Assembly (NCBI GenBank): GCA_023955335.1
Contig: JAGSGF010000002.1
Span: 12,410-76,409 of the forward strand
DNA: 64,000 nt
DNA from: Yoonia sp.
GTDB lineage: Bacteria > Pseudomonadota > Alphaproteobacteria > Rhodobacterales > Rhodobacteraceae
Direction: 5' to 3'
Shown here: positions 27,809-38,363 of the stretch, piece after piece
Position numbering within the stretch: position 1 is the stretch's first letter
Layout: each line of letters opens with the position of its first letter
Notes under the pieces: model-generated
What the model saw: the letters and a program-made list of their open reading frames with translations, nothing else
Database searches by the model: none
Told to the model about the DNA's origin: nothing
Program-made: the position numbers and the translations under genes

Positions 27809-30411
27809 AACGGCACATCATCCGCTTGGTCCGCACTGACGATAAAGCGGGCGACCACGTGTTTGGACCCTGCCTTATCAAACTCGATCACCAGCTTGTC
27901 GCCGTCGATACCCATGACCTCGCCGTACCCAAATTTCTGATGAAACACGCGGTCAGCAATCGTAAATGCACTTACGGCCGTCATATCAATCGTCATATTG
28001 CTGGCCACAGCGGGTTGGGCCACACCGCGCTGCTGGCTGCGGCTTTGTAAACGCCGCCATCCGGGCGAATTATAGACATTCGCATCCGCTGCCTTTTGGT
28101 GCAGATCAGACCCATAGCCCTCTTGCACCGCTGGATTGGCGCTCGCCGCCATGCCCGCAGCACCGTACCCGCCACCGTATAATCCGGGCGGGGTCAGCAC
28201 ATCCACATGTTGCTCTGGCAATTCATCAATGAACCGAGACGGCATCGCCGATTGCCACTGGCCATACACCCGTCGGTTGGCTGCAAAGGAAATTGTACAG
28301 ATCGCTTCGGCGCGGGTAATCCCCACATAGGCCAGACGGCGCTCTTCCTCTAATCCCTTTACACCGCTTTCATCCATCGACCGCTGGGACGGGAACAAGC
28401 CATCTTCCCAACCGGGCAAAAACACTGCGGGAAACTCCAATCCCTTGGCCGCGTGCAGCGTCATAATCGACACCTTCTCACCCTGCTCGACGGTCTCGTT
28501 GTACATGATCAAGCTGACGTGTTCGAGGAACCCTTGCAGGTTGTCGTGGTTTTCCAGAGACTTCACGAGTTCCATAAGGTTCTCCAACCGACCGGGGGCT
28601 TCGGGCGTTTTGTCATTTTGCCAGAATCTGGTGTACCCCGATTGATCTAAAGTCAGTTCTGCAAACGCGCCATGATCTCCTCGGATGGCTTCAGACCCAA
28701 GCCTCAAATGCCTTGCTCCGTCTTTTAAGACTGTCAGTCGCACTTCCAGCTTGGCAGCTTTCGCTTTCCAAATTTCGACCTCCCTTGCCAAGATCGGCCT
28801 TTCGCTCCTCAATCTATCAATTTCAGAAGAAACTTCAGCGGCCTCAGCGTCCAACACCTCAGCGTTACTGATACATTCGAGAGCCCGAATTTCATCACCA
28901 GAAAATATCATAACCTGTCGCCAAAACTCGAAACATTCGCCTAATTGCACAAGACTCTTAAGCCCCTTGCCGCCCAGCAGCTTGCCATCGCAAACCATCC
29001 GCGCACCCTCAATAAGGTTCACGCCATTTTCACGCGCTGTGCGCTGAATTGTCTGCACGGCCTTTTCGCCAAGACCTCGCTTGGGCGTGTTCACAATGCG
29101 TTCAAACGCCAGATCATCGTCCTGAGATACGGCCAGCCGGAAATACGCCATCGCATCGCGGATTTCTAAACGCTCATAAAATCGCGGACCGCCGATCACG
29201 CGGTACGGCAGGCCAATCGTCAGGAACCGGTCCTCGAACGCACGCATCTGATGCGAGGCGCGCACCAAAATCGCCATGCTATCAAGGCCGACCTTATCCA
29301 AGCCCCGCGTGCCGCGCTGCAAGGCCTCGACCTCTTCACCGATCCAGCGGGCCTCTTCTTCGCCGTCCCAATGGCCGATTAAACGCACCTTTTCCCCGTC
29401 TTGTTCGGCGGTAAACAACGTCTTGCCCAATCGGCCCTTGTTGCCTTCAATCACACCAGATGCAGCGGCCAAAATATGCGGGGTAGATCGATAATTCTGC
29501 TCAAGCCGGACAACGACAGCACCCGGGAAATCCTTTTCAAACCGCAAGATGTTACCCACCTCGGCCCCGCGCCAGCCGTAAATCGACTGGTCGTCATCGC
29601 CTACACAACAGATATTCTTATGCTTGGCCGCCAAAAGGCGCAGCCATAGATACTGAGCAACGTTCGTATCCTGATACTCGTCCACGAGGATGAATTTGAA
29701 CCAGCGCTGATACTGCTCCAGCACATCCTCGTGCTTTTGAAAAATCGTGACCATATGCAACAAAATATCGCCAAAATCGACGGCATTCAGCTCGCGCAGG
29801 CGGGCCTGATAGGCGGCATAAAGTTCGATCCCCTTATGATCAAACGCACCACCATCTGCGGCAGGCACGTTATCAGGCGTCAGCGCGCGGTTTTTCCAGC
29901 CATCAATGATCCCGGCCAACATGCGCGGCGGCCAGCGTTTTTCGTCGATGTCGGTGGCACGGATCAATTGCTTCATCAGACGGATTTGGTCGTCGGTATC
30001 CAAAATCGTAAAGCTCGATTTCAGCCCGACCAATTCGGCATGGCGACGCAGCAACTTGGCGCAGACCGAATGGAACGTCCCAAGCCAAGGCATCCCCTCG
30101 ACGGCTTGCCCCATCATAGCGCCCACGCGGTTCTTCATCTCGCGGGCGGCTTTGTTCGTAAATGTAACCGCTAGAATTTGATGGGTTTGCGCATTGCCTG
30201 TCATCAACAAATGGCCAATGCGTGTGGTTAGCGCCTTTGTTTTGCCCGTGCCAGCCCCAGCCAACATCAACACTGGTCCATGTACGGCCTCGACAGCTTC
30301 GCGCTGCGCAGGGTTCAACCCGTCCAAATAAGGGGCAGCACGGCCAGCCATGGCACGCTGGGACAACGGAACGGCGGCCTCAAAGGCATCATCTTCGGTA
30401 TAATCATTCAT
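27805..30411 (-). CDS. uvrD: ATP-dependent DNA helicase UvrD/PcrA family, with an extra internal segment
   Basis: 868 aa from the ATG at 30411 (MNDYTEDD...). Walker A AGAGTGKT, DEYQDTN, LHAAKGLEFPAVF, EEERRLAYVGITRA and a C-terminal Tudor-like tail. See the finding on the insertion at 28680-28915. Confidence 0.93.
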   Translation of the reverse strand: MNDYTEDDAFEAAVPLSQRAMAGRAAPYLDGLNPAQREAVEAVHGPVLMLAGAGTGKTKALTTRIGHLLMTGNAQTHQILAVTFTNKAAREMKNRVGAMMGQAVEGMPWLGTFHSVCAKLLRRHAELVGLKSSFTILDTDDQIRLMKQLIRATDIDEKRWPPRMLAGIIDGWKNRALTPDNVPAADGGAFDHKGIELYAAYQARLRELNAVDFGDILLHMVTIFQKHEDVLEQYQRWFKFILVDEYQDTNVAQYLWLRLLAAKHKNICCVGDDDQSIYGWRGAEVGNILRFEKDFPGAVVVRLEQNYRSTPHILAAASGVIEGNKGRLGKTLFTAEQDGEKVRLIGHWDGEEEARWIGEEVEALQRGTRGLDKVGLDSMAILVRASHQMRAFEDRFLTIGLPYRVIGGPRFYERLEIRDAMAYFRLAVSQDDDLAFERIVNTPKRGLGEKAVQTIQRTARENGVNLIEGARMVCDGKLLGGKGLKSLVQLGECFEFWRQVMIFSGDEIRALECISNAEVLDAEAAEVSSEIDRLRSERPILAREVEIWKAKAAKLEVRLTVLKDGARHLRLGSEAIRGDHGAFAELTLDQSGYTRFWQNDKTPEAPGRLENLMELVKSLENHDNLQGFLEHVSLIMYNETVEQGEKVSIMTLHAAKGLEFPAVFLPGWEDGLFPSQRSMDESGVKGLEEERRLAYVGITRAEAICTISFAANRRVYGQWQSAMPSRFIDELPEQHVDVLTPPGLYGGGYGAAGMAASANPAVQEGYGSDLHQKAADANVYNSPGWRRLQSRSQQRGVAQPAVASNMTIDMTAVSAFTIADRVFHQKFGYGEVMGIDGDKLVIEFDKAGSKHVVARFIVSADQADDVPF

Positions 30412-30564
30412 GCCGACCACCATAACCACATTCGCTGATGTGTAAAAGCCTTGTTCACACTCTGTTCCACCCGCTTTTTCCGAGCCCAAATATGTCCGCC
30501 GGAGGCACCTTCATTTGCAAAAATCACCTTCCCCCCGTGCGGTGAACGTCCTATCCTCGTGCCT

Positions 30565-31695
30565 ATGTCATTGCACAACAGATACCCCGCCATATCCGAC
30601 CTGAAATCACGCGCCCGCAAACGCATTCCGCACTTCGTGTGGGAATACCTCGATAGCGCAACGGGGGCGGAGATTACGCAAGCTCGGAACCGCTCCAAGC
30701 TCGACGACATCCTGCTCAGCCCGTCAATCTTGCACGGCGAATTCACGCCGGACCTCACCACCACCTTTCTGGGCCGCGACTACCCCCTGCCCGTGGGCAT
30801 CGCACCCGTCGGCATGTCCGGCCTTATCTGGCCCGGCGCGGAACAAATGCTGGCGCGAACAGCGGCGGCGCAAGGCATCCCCTACACCATTTCCACTGTC
30901 GCAACTCAGACACCAGAAGACGTTGCGGGCGACATCGGCGATCAAGGCTGGTTCCAAATATACCCGCCACGCGACCCAGAAATCCGCACCGATATGCTTA
31001 AACGCGCCCGTGACGCGGGCTTTCATACCCTTGTGATGACCGTCGACGTGCCAGTGGCGTCGCGGCGCGAACGGCAAACACGCGGCGGGCTGCAACAGCC
31101 GCCACGGCTGACACCGCGCTTGGCCATGCAAGCCGCAAAGTGCCCTGCCTGGCTCGCAGGTATCCGCAAAACCGGCATGCCGCGGATGAAGCTAATGGAC
31201 AGCTACGCCGACCAGAAAACCGCCCTCCCCTCAAACCAGCATGTGGGTTATTTGCTGCGGACCTCGCCCGATTGGTCCTATATCGACAAACTGCGCGTTG
31301 AATGGGACGGACCGCTTATCGTCAAAGGCATCAGCCTCCCAGATGATGCAGCGGCCCTGCAAGCACGCGGCGTCGACGCGCTTTGGATATCCAATCACGC
31401 GGGCCGCCAATTTGACGGCGGGCCAGCAACCATTGAACAGCTCCCCCTTGTGCGGGCTGCGACGACCTTGCCGCTGATCATGGATAGTGGGATCGAGGGC
31501 GGGCTCGACGTCATTCGCGCTCTCGCCCTTGGGGCTGATTTCGTAATGCTGGGGCGGGCTTTCCATTACGGCCTTGGTGCATTGGGTGAGCCGGGTGCTG
31601 CGCATGTTCTCGACATTCTGCGCCAAGACATGATCGCTAACATGGGCCAACTTGGCTCAAGCAGCATTACCGATTTGAACGGGCGTTTGCGGTGA
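30565..31695 (+). CDS. FMN-dependent alpha-hydroxy acid dehydrogenase/oxidase (LldD-like)
   Basis: 376 aa from the ATG at 30565. ISDLKSRARKRIPHFVWEYLDSA and the active-site region SNHAGRQFDG. Confidence 0.88.
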   Translation: MSLHNRYPAISDLKSRARKRIPHFVWEYLDSATGAEITQARNRSKLDDILLSPSILHGEFTPDLTTTFLGRDYPLPVGIAPVGMSGLIWPGAEQMLARTAAAQGIPYTISTVATQTPEDVAGDIGDQGWFQIYPPRDPEIRTDMLKRARDAGFHTLVMTVDVPVASRRERQTRGGLQQPPRLTPRLAMQAAKCPAWLAGIRKTGMPRMKLMDSYADQKTALPSNQHVGYLLRTSPDWSYIDKLRVEWDGPLIVKGISLPDDAAALQARGVDALWISNHAGRQFDGGPATIEQLPLVRAATTLPLIMDSGIEGGLDVIRALALGADFVMLGRAFHYGLGALGEPGAAHVLDILRQDMIANMGQLGSSSITDLNGRLR

Positions 31696-31794
31696 AATAA
31701 GTCTTGCCAGCAGCCGGAGGTATCGCGCTCGGCTGTTTACGTCTCCCTCTTTTTGTGCAGAAATGCTGCAACTGCAAAATAGGAACCTAAATTC

Positions 31795-34700
31795 ATGGCC
31801 GACTTCCAGAAAATCCTGATCGCCAACCGTGGTGAAATCGCCATCCGTATCATGCGAGCTGCCAATGAGATGGGCAAGAAAACGGTCGCGGTTTTCGCAG
31901 AGGAGGACAAGCTGGGTCTGCACCGCTTTAAGGCCGACGAGGCCTACCGCATTGGCGAAGGCATGGGGCCAGTGGCCGCATATCTGTCGATCGAGGAAAT
32001 CATCCGCGTCGCCAAAATGTCCGGTGCTGACGCGATCCACCCGGGTTACGGCCTGCTTTCGGAAAACCCCGATTTTGTAGACGCTTGCACTGAGGCTGGC
32101 ATCACATTCATCGGCCCGAAGGCCAAAACCATGCGCCAATTGGGTGACAAAGCCTCTGCCCGCGACGTCGCAGTCGAGGCAGGCGTCCCCGTCATCCCTG
32201 CGACTGGGGTGCTGGGCGACAACATGGATGCGATCAAGGTTGAGGCCGCTGCTCTTGGCTATCCTTTGATGCTTAAAGCGTCATGGGGCGGCGGTGGTCG
32301 CGGTATGCGCGCAATCATGAATGAAGACGAGTTGGAAGAAAAGGTCCGCGAAGGCCGCCGCGAAGCCGAATCTGCATTTGGCAACGGCGAGGGGTATCTG
32401 GAAAAGATGATCATGAAGGCCCGCCACGTTGAAGTCCAAATTTTGGGCGACACCCACGGCGAAACTTACCACCTGTGGGAGCGGGACTGTTCCGTACAGC
32501 GCCGTAACCAAAAGGTCGTTGAACGCGCGCCAGCCCCATATCTGTCTGAGACCCAACGCGAAAAAATCTGCCAGTTGGGCAAGAAACTCTGCCAGCATGT
32601 GAATTATGAATGCGCAGGCACGGTCGAGTTCCTGATGGATATGGACACGGGCAAGTTCTTTTTTATCGAGGTCAACCCGCGCGTCCAAGTCGAGCACACC
32701 GTGACAGAAGAAGTCACCGGCATCGACATCGTGCGCGCCCAAATTCTGATCGCCGAGGGCAAATCCATTGTCGAGGCCACAGGCTGCGCATCGCAATATG
32801 ATGTCAAGCTCGACGGTCACGCGTTGCAATGCCGTGTCACGACCGAAGACCCGCAAAACAACTTTATCCCCGACTATGGCCGCATTCAGATGTACCGTTC
32901 TGCCACGGGTCCGGGCATCCGGCTTGATGGTGGCACCGCCTATTCGGGCGCCGTCATCACCCGGTTCTATGACAGTTTGCTGACCAAAGTCACCGCACGT
33001 GCGCCGACCCCCGAAATGGCCATCGCCCGCATGGACCGCGCATTGCGCGAATTCCGCATTCGTGGCGTGTCGACCAACATCGCGTTTGTGGAAAACCTGC
33101 TGAAGCATCCGACGTTTTTGAACAACGAATACCACACCAAATTCATCGACGAGACACCCGGCCTGTTTGATTTTAAGAAACGCCGTGATCGGGCCACCAA
33201 AATCCTGACCTACATCGCGGATATCACCGTGAACGGGCATCCGGAAACCGTTGGCCGTGTGAAACCCGCCGCTGACGTCAAATTGCCCAAGCCGCCTGTA
33301 AAGCCGACCACAGATGTGCCAGATGGCACCCGCCAAATCCTTGAGAAATCAGGACCAGAAGGCGTGGTCAACTGGATGCGCGATCAATCGCAACTGCTGA
33401 TCACCGACACAACCATGCGCGACGGGCACCAGTCCCTTTTGGCGACACGGATGCGGTCCATCGATATGATCAAGGTGGCCCCTGCGTACGCGACCAAAAT
33501 GAACCAACTGTTCAGCGTCGAATGTTGGGGCGGAGCGACGTTCGACGTGGCCTACAGGTTCTTGCAAGAATGCCCATGGCAGCGCCTACGCGACATCCGC
33601 GCGCATATGCCAAACATCATGACCCAAATGCTGCTGCGCGCGTCCAACGGCGTTGGTTACACCAATTATCCTGATAACGTGGTGCAATCGTTTGTGGCCC
33701 AAGCGGCGGAGTCTGGCGTCGACGTGTTCCGCGTGTTCGACAGCCTGAACTGGGTTGAGAACATGCGCGTGGCGATGGACGCCGTGGGCAAATCCGGCAA
33801 GGTCATTGAAGGCACGATTTGTTATACAGGCGACCTTCTTGATCCCGACCGCAGCAAATATGACCTGAAATACTATGTCGGCATGGCCAAAGAGCTGGAG
33901 GCAGCAGGCGCGCATGTGCTTGGTCTGAAAGACATGGCTGGGCTGCTGAAACCTGCTGCTGGACGTGCTCTTGTGACAGCGTTGAAAGAGGAAACAGGCC
34001 TGCCGATCCACTTCCACACGCATGACACATCAGGTGCGGCAATCGCGACTGTGCTGGCGGTATCTGACGCGGGCGTTGACGTGGTTGATGCGGCGATGGA
34101 TGCATTGTCGGGGAACACATCACAGCCGACCTTGGGCTCCATCGTCGAGGCGCTGAAGGGCGCCGACCGCGAAACTGGCCTTGATGTAAAAGCGATCCGC
34201 GAGATCAGTAACTATTTTGAGCAGGTCCGTGCGCATTACACCGCGTTCGAATCCGGTCTGCAGGCCCCTGCCTCTGAAGTTTACTTGCACGAGATGCCCG
34301 GCGGGCAGTTCACAAACCTCAAGTCGCAAGCACGGTCCTTGGGCCTTGAGGAAAGGTGGCACGAGGTCGCGCAGACCTATGCGGATGTGAACCAGATGTT
34401 TGGTGATATCGTCAAGGTCACACCATCGTCCAAAGTTGTGGGTGACATGGCCCTGATGATGGTCAGCCAAAACCTGACCCGTGCACAGGTTGAGGACGCA
34501 GCCACAGACGTGGTCTTCCCCGACAGTGTTGTGGACATGATGAAAGGGGCGCTTGGGCAACCCCCAGGTGGCTGGCCAAAGGCAATCCAAAAGAAGATCC
34601 TTAAAGGTGAAACGCCAACGACGGACCGCCCCGGCGCGCATCTACCTGCCATCGACCTAGAGGCCACGCGCACGGATCTGTCCAAGCAGCTTGAAGGGCG

Positions 34701-35238
34701 TGACGTCGATAACGAGGACCTCAACGGCTACTTGATGTACCCCAAAGTTTTCCTTGATTACATGGGCCGCCACCGGACATATGGACCAGTACGCACCCTG
34801 CCAACCAAAGCGTTCTTTTACGGCATGACCCCCGGCGAAGAGATCAGCGCCGAGATTGATCCGGGCAAAACGCTTGAGATCCGCATGCAAGCGGTGTCCG
34901 AAGTATCCGAGGACGGCGAGGTCAAAGTGTTCTTTGAGCTCAACGGTCAACCGCGCACGATCCGCGTTATGAACCGGCTTGCTGCGTCCGAAAAGGTCAG
35001 CCGACCAAAAGCCGAAGCGGGCAACGCCAACCACATCGGCGCCCCCATGCCCGGCGTTGTGGCGACAGTGGCAGTAGTCGCGGGCAAGAAAGTCAAAGAA
35101 GGCGACCTGTTGCTGACGATTGAGGCCATGAAAATGGAAACTGGCATCCACGCCGAACGCGACGCGGTCATCAAAGCCGTGCATGTGAACGCAGGCAGTC
35201 AGATCGATGCCAAGGACCTATTGATCGAACTGGATTAA
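31795..35238 (+). CDS. pyc: pyruvate carboxylase
   Basis: 1147 aa. Biotin carboxylase N-domain (KILIANRGEIAIR), carboxyltransferase HFHTHDTSG and the C-terminal biotinyl motif EAMKME. Confidence 0.97.
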   Translation: MADFQKILIANRGEIAIRIMRAANEMGKKTVAVFAEEDKLGLHRFKADEAYRIGEGMGPVAAYLSIEEIIRVAKMSGADAIHPGYGLLSENPDFVDACTEAGITFIGPKAKTMRQLGDKASARDVAVEAGVPVIPATGVLGDNMDAIKVEAAALGYPLMLKASWGGGGRGMRAIMNEDELEEKVREGRREAESAFGNGEGYLEKMIMKARHVEVQILGDTHGETYHLWERDCSVQRRNQKVVERAPAPYLSETQREKICQLGKKLCQHVNYECAGTVEFLMDMDTGKFFFIEVNPRVQVEHTVTEEVTGIDIVRAQILIAEGKSIVEATGCASQYDVKLDGHALQCRVTTEDPQNNFIPDYGRIQMYRSATGPGIRLDGGTAYSGAVITRFYDSLLTKVTARAPTPEMAIARMDRALREFRIRGVSTNIAFVENLLKHPTFLNNEYHTKFIDETPGLFDFKKRRDRATKILTYIADITVNGHPETVGRVKPAADVKLPKPPVKPTTDVPDGTRQILEKSGPEGVVNWMRDQSQLLITDTTMRDGHQSLLATRMRSIDMIKVAPAYATKMNQLFSVECWGGATFDVAYRFLQECPWQRLRDIRAHMPNIMTQMLLRASNGVGYTNYPDNVVQSFVAQAAESGVDVFRVFDSLNWVENMRVAMDAVGKSGKVIEGTICYTGDLLDPDRSKYDLKYYVGMAKELEAAGAHVLGLKDMAGLLKPAAGRALVTALKEETGLPIHFHTHDTSGAAIATVLAVSDAGVDVVDAAMDALSGNTSQPTLGSIVEALKGADRETGLDVKAIREISNYFEQVRAHYTAFESGLQAPASEVYLHEMPGGQFTNLKSQARSLGLEERWHEVAQTYADVNQMFGDIVKVTPSSKVVGDMALMMVSQNLTRAQVEDAATDVVFPDSVVDMMKGALGQPPGGWPKAIQKKILKGETPTTDRPGAHLPAIDLEATRTDLSKQLEGRDVDNEDLNGYLMYPKVFLDYMGRHRTYGPVRTLPTKAFFYGMTPGEEISAEIDPGKTLEIRMQAVSEVSEDGEVKVFFELNGQPRTIRVMNRLAASEKVSRPKAEAGNANHIGAPMPGVVATVAVVAGKKVKEGDLLLTIEAMKMETGIHAERDAVIKAVHVNAGSQIDAKDLLIELD

Positions 35239-35511
35239 CCGGGAGGGCTTGGACCAGTACCAGCTGACGCTGGAACAGGGGCAAGCCCGTCCACGCCGCA
35301 AATGAAAGCGTTGGATCAACGGCTGCGGTGACATCGCGTTATTGTGGGATTTGGGGGGCGCTAATCCTGGATCGATCTGTGCAGGGGCTTGATCTCCTAT
35401 GGTGAACGGCAGGATGTTACGTTTGGGACGGCGGATGCGCAGCCCTGATGATTTAAACTTTGCCCCCGCAAATACGTTGCGTACTTGGTTTGTCTTTGGC
35501 AAACATTCGGC

Positions 35512-36321
35512 ATGACAAAAATTATCGTGATCACCGACATTCATATCACCAGCGTGGGTGACGCTATCATCGGGCTTGACCCCATGGTGCGCTTCCAAAC
35601 CGTATTGGATGCGGCCCTGACCGACCACCGCGACGCCGATATGCTGATCCTCATGGGTGATCTGACACACCACGGGACGATCGACCAATATCAACGTCTG
35701 AATGATGCGCTGGCAGATTGCCCAATTCCCGTGATCCCGATGCTGGGAAATCATGATCGGCGCGATGCGTTCTATGCGGTGTTCGCGGACGCCCCCAAAG
35801 ACGGGGGCGGCTTCGCGCAACATCACGTCGACCTTGACCATCACCGGATCATAACGCTCGATACGTTGGACGGCCCGCCCTACCCAACTGGCCACCACGC
35901 AGGACGGCTGTGCGCAGACCGTCTGGCTTGGCTGCAAGATCGGCTAGATGGCGCTGGTGATCTGATTCCTTTGGTGTTTTCGCATCACCCTCCGTTTGAC
36001 ACAGGCATCGTTGGAATGGACGCAATCAAGTTGGCGGACGGAAATCAGATGCTCGACCTGCTGGCCACACAAACACATGCACATCTGTTTTGCGGACATA
36101 TCCACCGGACAATATCGGGCAGCCTGCGCGGCGTGCCGTGGACCATGTTCAAAAGCCCCTGCCATCAAGGGGTACTTGATCTAATCAATCGCGATTCGTC
36201 CCTATCCATTGATGAGGCCGGTGCGTACGGGCTGTTATTGCTGCCCCCTGACGGCGTTGTGGCACATAGCCAAGATGTCGGCCCAAGCAGCGTAATCCAG
36301 CGTGACCAAGCGTCTGAATAG
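35512..36321 (+). CDS. metallophosphoesterase (CpdA/GpdQ-like phosphodiesterase)
   Basis: 269 aa from the ATG at 35512. Motifs ITDIHIT, MGDLTHHG, LGNHD and GHIH. Confidence 0.8.
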   Translation: MTKIIVITDIHITSVGDAIIGLDPMVRFQTVLDAALTDHRDADMLILMGDLTHHGTIDQYQRLNDALADCPIPVIPMLGNHDRRDAFYAVFADAPKDGGGFAQHHVDLDHHRIITLDTLDGPPYPTGHHAGRLCADRLAWLQDRLDGAGDLIPLVFSHHPPFDTGIVGMDAIKLADGNQMLDLLATQTHAHLFCGHIHRTISGSLRGVPWTMFKSPCHQGVLDLINRDSSLSIDEAGAYGLLLLPPDGVVAHSQDVGPSSVIQRDQASE

Positions 36322-36403
36322 AGCTCAACCCAGAAAAATTCAAAAACCTTCAATTTTGGCCTTGCGGACAGCGGCCACTATTTGTAGATCACGTTTCATG
36401 GAT

Positions 36404-36478
36404 GCGGGCGTAGCTCAGGGGTAGAGCGAAACCTTGCCAAGGTTTAGGTCGAGAGTTCGAATCTCTTCGCCCGCTCCA
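36404..36478 (+). tRNA. tRNA-Gly (anticodon GCC)
   Basis: GCGGGCG acceptor stem pairing with CGCCCGC, D arm GCTC/GAGC, anticodon loop TTGCCAA, T arm GAGAG-TTCGAAT-CTCTT, encoded CCA. Confidence 0.95.
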
Positions 36479-36509
36479 ATTTAACCAACAAACCCAGTTG
36501 GTTACGACA

Positions 36510-36540
36510 AGGTCACCTTCGGGTGGCCTTTCGTCGTTTT
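36510..36540 (+). terminator. intrinsic terminator after tRNA-Gly
   Basis: AGGTCACC-ttcg-GGTGGCCT stem (one G-U pair) followed by a T-rich tract TTCGTCGTTTT. Confidence 0.6.
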
Positions 36541-36635
36541 AGGCCACAGGTTGCCCTAACCGTACGGCTAGGGACTTGGCGGATGCAGCCCTCCCGCCTA
36601 TAAGACCCGCAGTATATACCGAAAAAGGACATGTC

Positions 36636-37223
36636 ATGCGCACTGCCACGATCACCCGCAAGACCGCCGAGACCGATATCACCGTGACCCTGAACCTCGA
36701 TGGGACAGGTATTTACGACAACCAGACGGGCGTTGGGTTCTTTGACCACATGCTCGACCAGCTGTCGCGCCACGCGTTAATTGATATGACCGTGCGGGCA
36801 TCCGGTGATTTGCACATCGACGACCACCACACGGTCGAAGACGTCGGCATCGCAATCGGCCAAGCATTGACCACGGCTATGGGCGACAAAAAGGGCATCG
36901 TGCGTTATGGTTCCTGCCACTTGGCCATGGACGATGCGCAAATTCGTGCAGCACTGGACCTGTCCGCACGCCCCTACCTGATCTGCAATCTGGACCTGCC
37001 GTTTGGCAAGATCGGCACGTTTGACACAGAGCTGGTGCGCGAATTTTTTCAGGCCCTTAGCACGCACGGCGGCATCACCTTGCACATCGACAAGCTGCAC
37101 GGGTTTAACACGCACCACATCGTAGAGGCCGCGTTCAAATCCGTGGCCCGCGCCCTGCGTGATGCATTGGAAACCGACCCGCGCAAGGCCGATGCAATCC
37201 CGTCCACCAAGGGCAGCCTATGA
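36636..37223 (+). CDS. hisB: imidazoleglycerol-phosphate dehydratase
   Basis: 195 aa from the ATG at 36636: [15 protein letters not shown]. Metal-binding [14 protein letters not shown]. Confidence 0.95.
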   Translation: MRTATITRKTAETDITVTLNLDGTGIYDNQTGVGFFDHMLDQLSRHALIDMTVRASGDLHIDDHHTVEDVGIAIGQALTTAMGDKKGIVRYGSCHLAMDDAQIRAALDLSARPYLICNLDLPFGKIGTFDTELVREFFQALSTHGGITLHIDKLHGFNTHHIVEAAFKSVARALRDALETDPRKADAIPSTKGSL

Positions 37224-37852
37224 CCACGGTTCTTATCGACTACGACAGCGGCAATCTCCACTCTGCGCAAAAAGCGTTTGAACGGATGGCTCTGGAAACC
37301 GGCGCTGGCCTTGTCGTCGTGTCCTCGGACGCCGATGTCGTGGCCCGCGCTGACCGAATCGTCCTGCCCGGCGACGGGGCATTCCCGCATTGCCGTGACG
37401 AGCTGTTCGGGCGCACCGCATTGGCAGAGGCCATAACCGAGGCCGTCACAACCCGCGCTGTCCCCTTCATGGGTATTTGCGTCGGCATGCAGATGTTGGC
37501 AACCACAGGGCACGAATACGCACCCACAGCAGGCTTTGACTGGATCAGCGGCGACATCCGCCTAATAAATGCACCCGGTCAAAAGATCCCGCACATGGGC
37601 TGGAATGATTTGATCATCGACAGTCCGCACCCGGTTCTGGATGGGATCAAGTCCGGCGATCACGCTTATTTCGTGCATTCTTACGCGATGGACGTGGCCG
37701 ACCCTGCCCAGCGCTTGGCGCATGTGGACTACGCCGGCGATATCACGGCAATCGTTGGGCGCGACAATATCATCGGGATGCAGTTTCACCCCGAGAAAAG
37801 CCAAGACAGCGGGTTGCGCATGATCGGCAACTTCTTGCGCTGGACACCCTGA
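37220..37852 (+). CDS. hisH: imidazole glycerol phosphate synthase, glutamine amidotransferase subunit
   Basis: 210 aa. Class-I GATase nucleophile elbow GICVGMQML and the HSY / FHPEKS motifs. ATGA overlap with hisB. Confidence 0.95.
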   Translation: MTTVLIDYDSGNLHSAQKAFERMALETGAGLVVVSSDADVVARADRIVLPGDGAFPHCRDELFGRTALAEAITEAVTTRAVPFMGICVGMQMLATTGHEYAPTAGFDWISGDIRLINAPGQKIPHMGWNDLIIDSPHPVLDGIKSGDHAYFVHSYAMDVADPAQRLAHVDYAGDITAIVGRDNIIGMQFHPEKSQDSGLRMIGNFLRWTP

Positions 37853-37892
37853 TACACACGACAACAGGCCCGTCGCCTGCTAGCCTTGGCGC

Positions 37893-38363
37893 ATGAACCG
37901 TCGCGCATTCCTCATCATCACCGCCGCCACCGCCCTGTCGGCTTGCGGGCGGCGTCGGGATGCAACACCTGCGACCCGCAGTGCACAACCGCTGTACCCG
38001 AATGAAACGCCCGAACTGCGGGCCTTGGTCAACAAATACGCAAGCATTCACGAAATTCCGACCGGCCTGATCCACCGCGTCATTCAACGCGAAAGTGATT
38101 ACAGGCCTGCCGCGCGCAACGGCCCCTACTACGGGCTGATGCAAATTCTCCCCGAAACCGCCCGCACCATGGGCCATCGCGGTTCAGCGTCTGACTTGCT
38201 CGATGCGGAAACCAACCTAATCTACGCAGGCAAATACTTACGCGGCGCTTGGCTCGTGTCTGATGGAGACGAGGCCACCGCTGTCAGTTGGTACGCGCGC
38301 GGGTATTATTACGAGGCAAAGCGCCGCGGTCTTCTGGTCGAGACTGGACTGCGGCCAACTTAG
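37893..38363 (+). CDS. lytic transglycosylase (SLT domain) lipoprotein
   Basis: 156 aa. Lipobox ALSAC. Catalytic region VIQRESDYRPAARNGPYYGLMQI. Confidence 0.8.
   Translation: MNRRAFLIITAATALSACGRRRDATPATRSAQPLYPNETPELRALVNKYASIHEIPTGLIHRVIQRESDYRPAARNGPYYGLMQILPETARTMGHRGSASDLLDAETNLIYAGKYLRGAWLVSDGDEATAVSWYARGYYYEAKRRGLLVETGLRPT

Noticed and set aside
35218-35937. 239-aa minus-strand ORF covering the pyc / phosphoesterase spacer and the 5' half of the phosphoesterase gene.
   Set aside because: There is no motif, and it is antisense to a gene with clear metallophosphoesterase signatures (DIH, GDLTHHG, GNHD).
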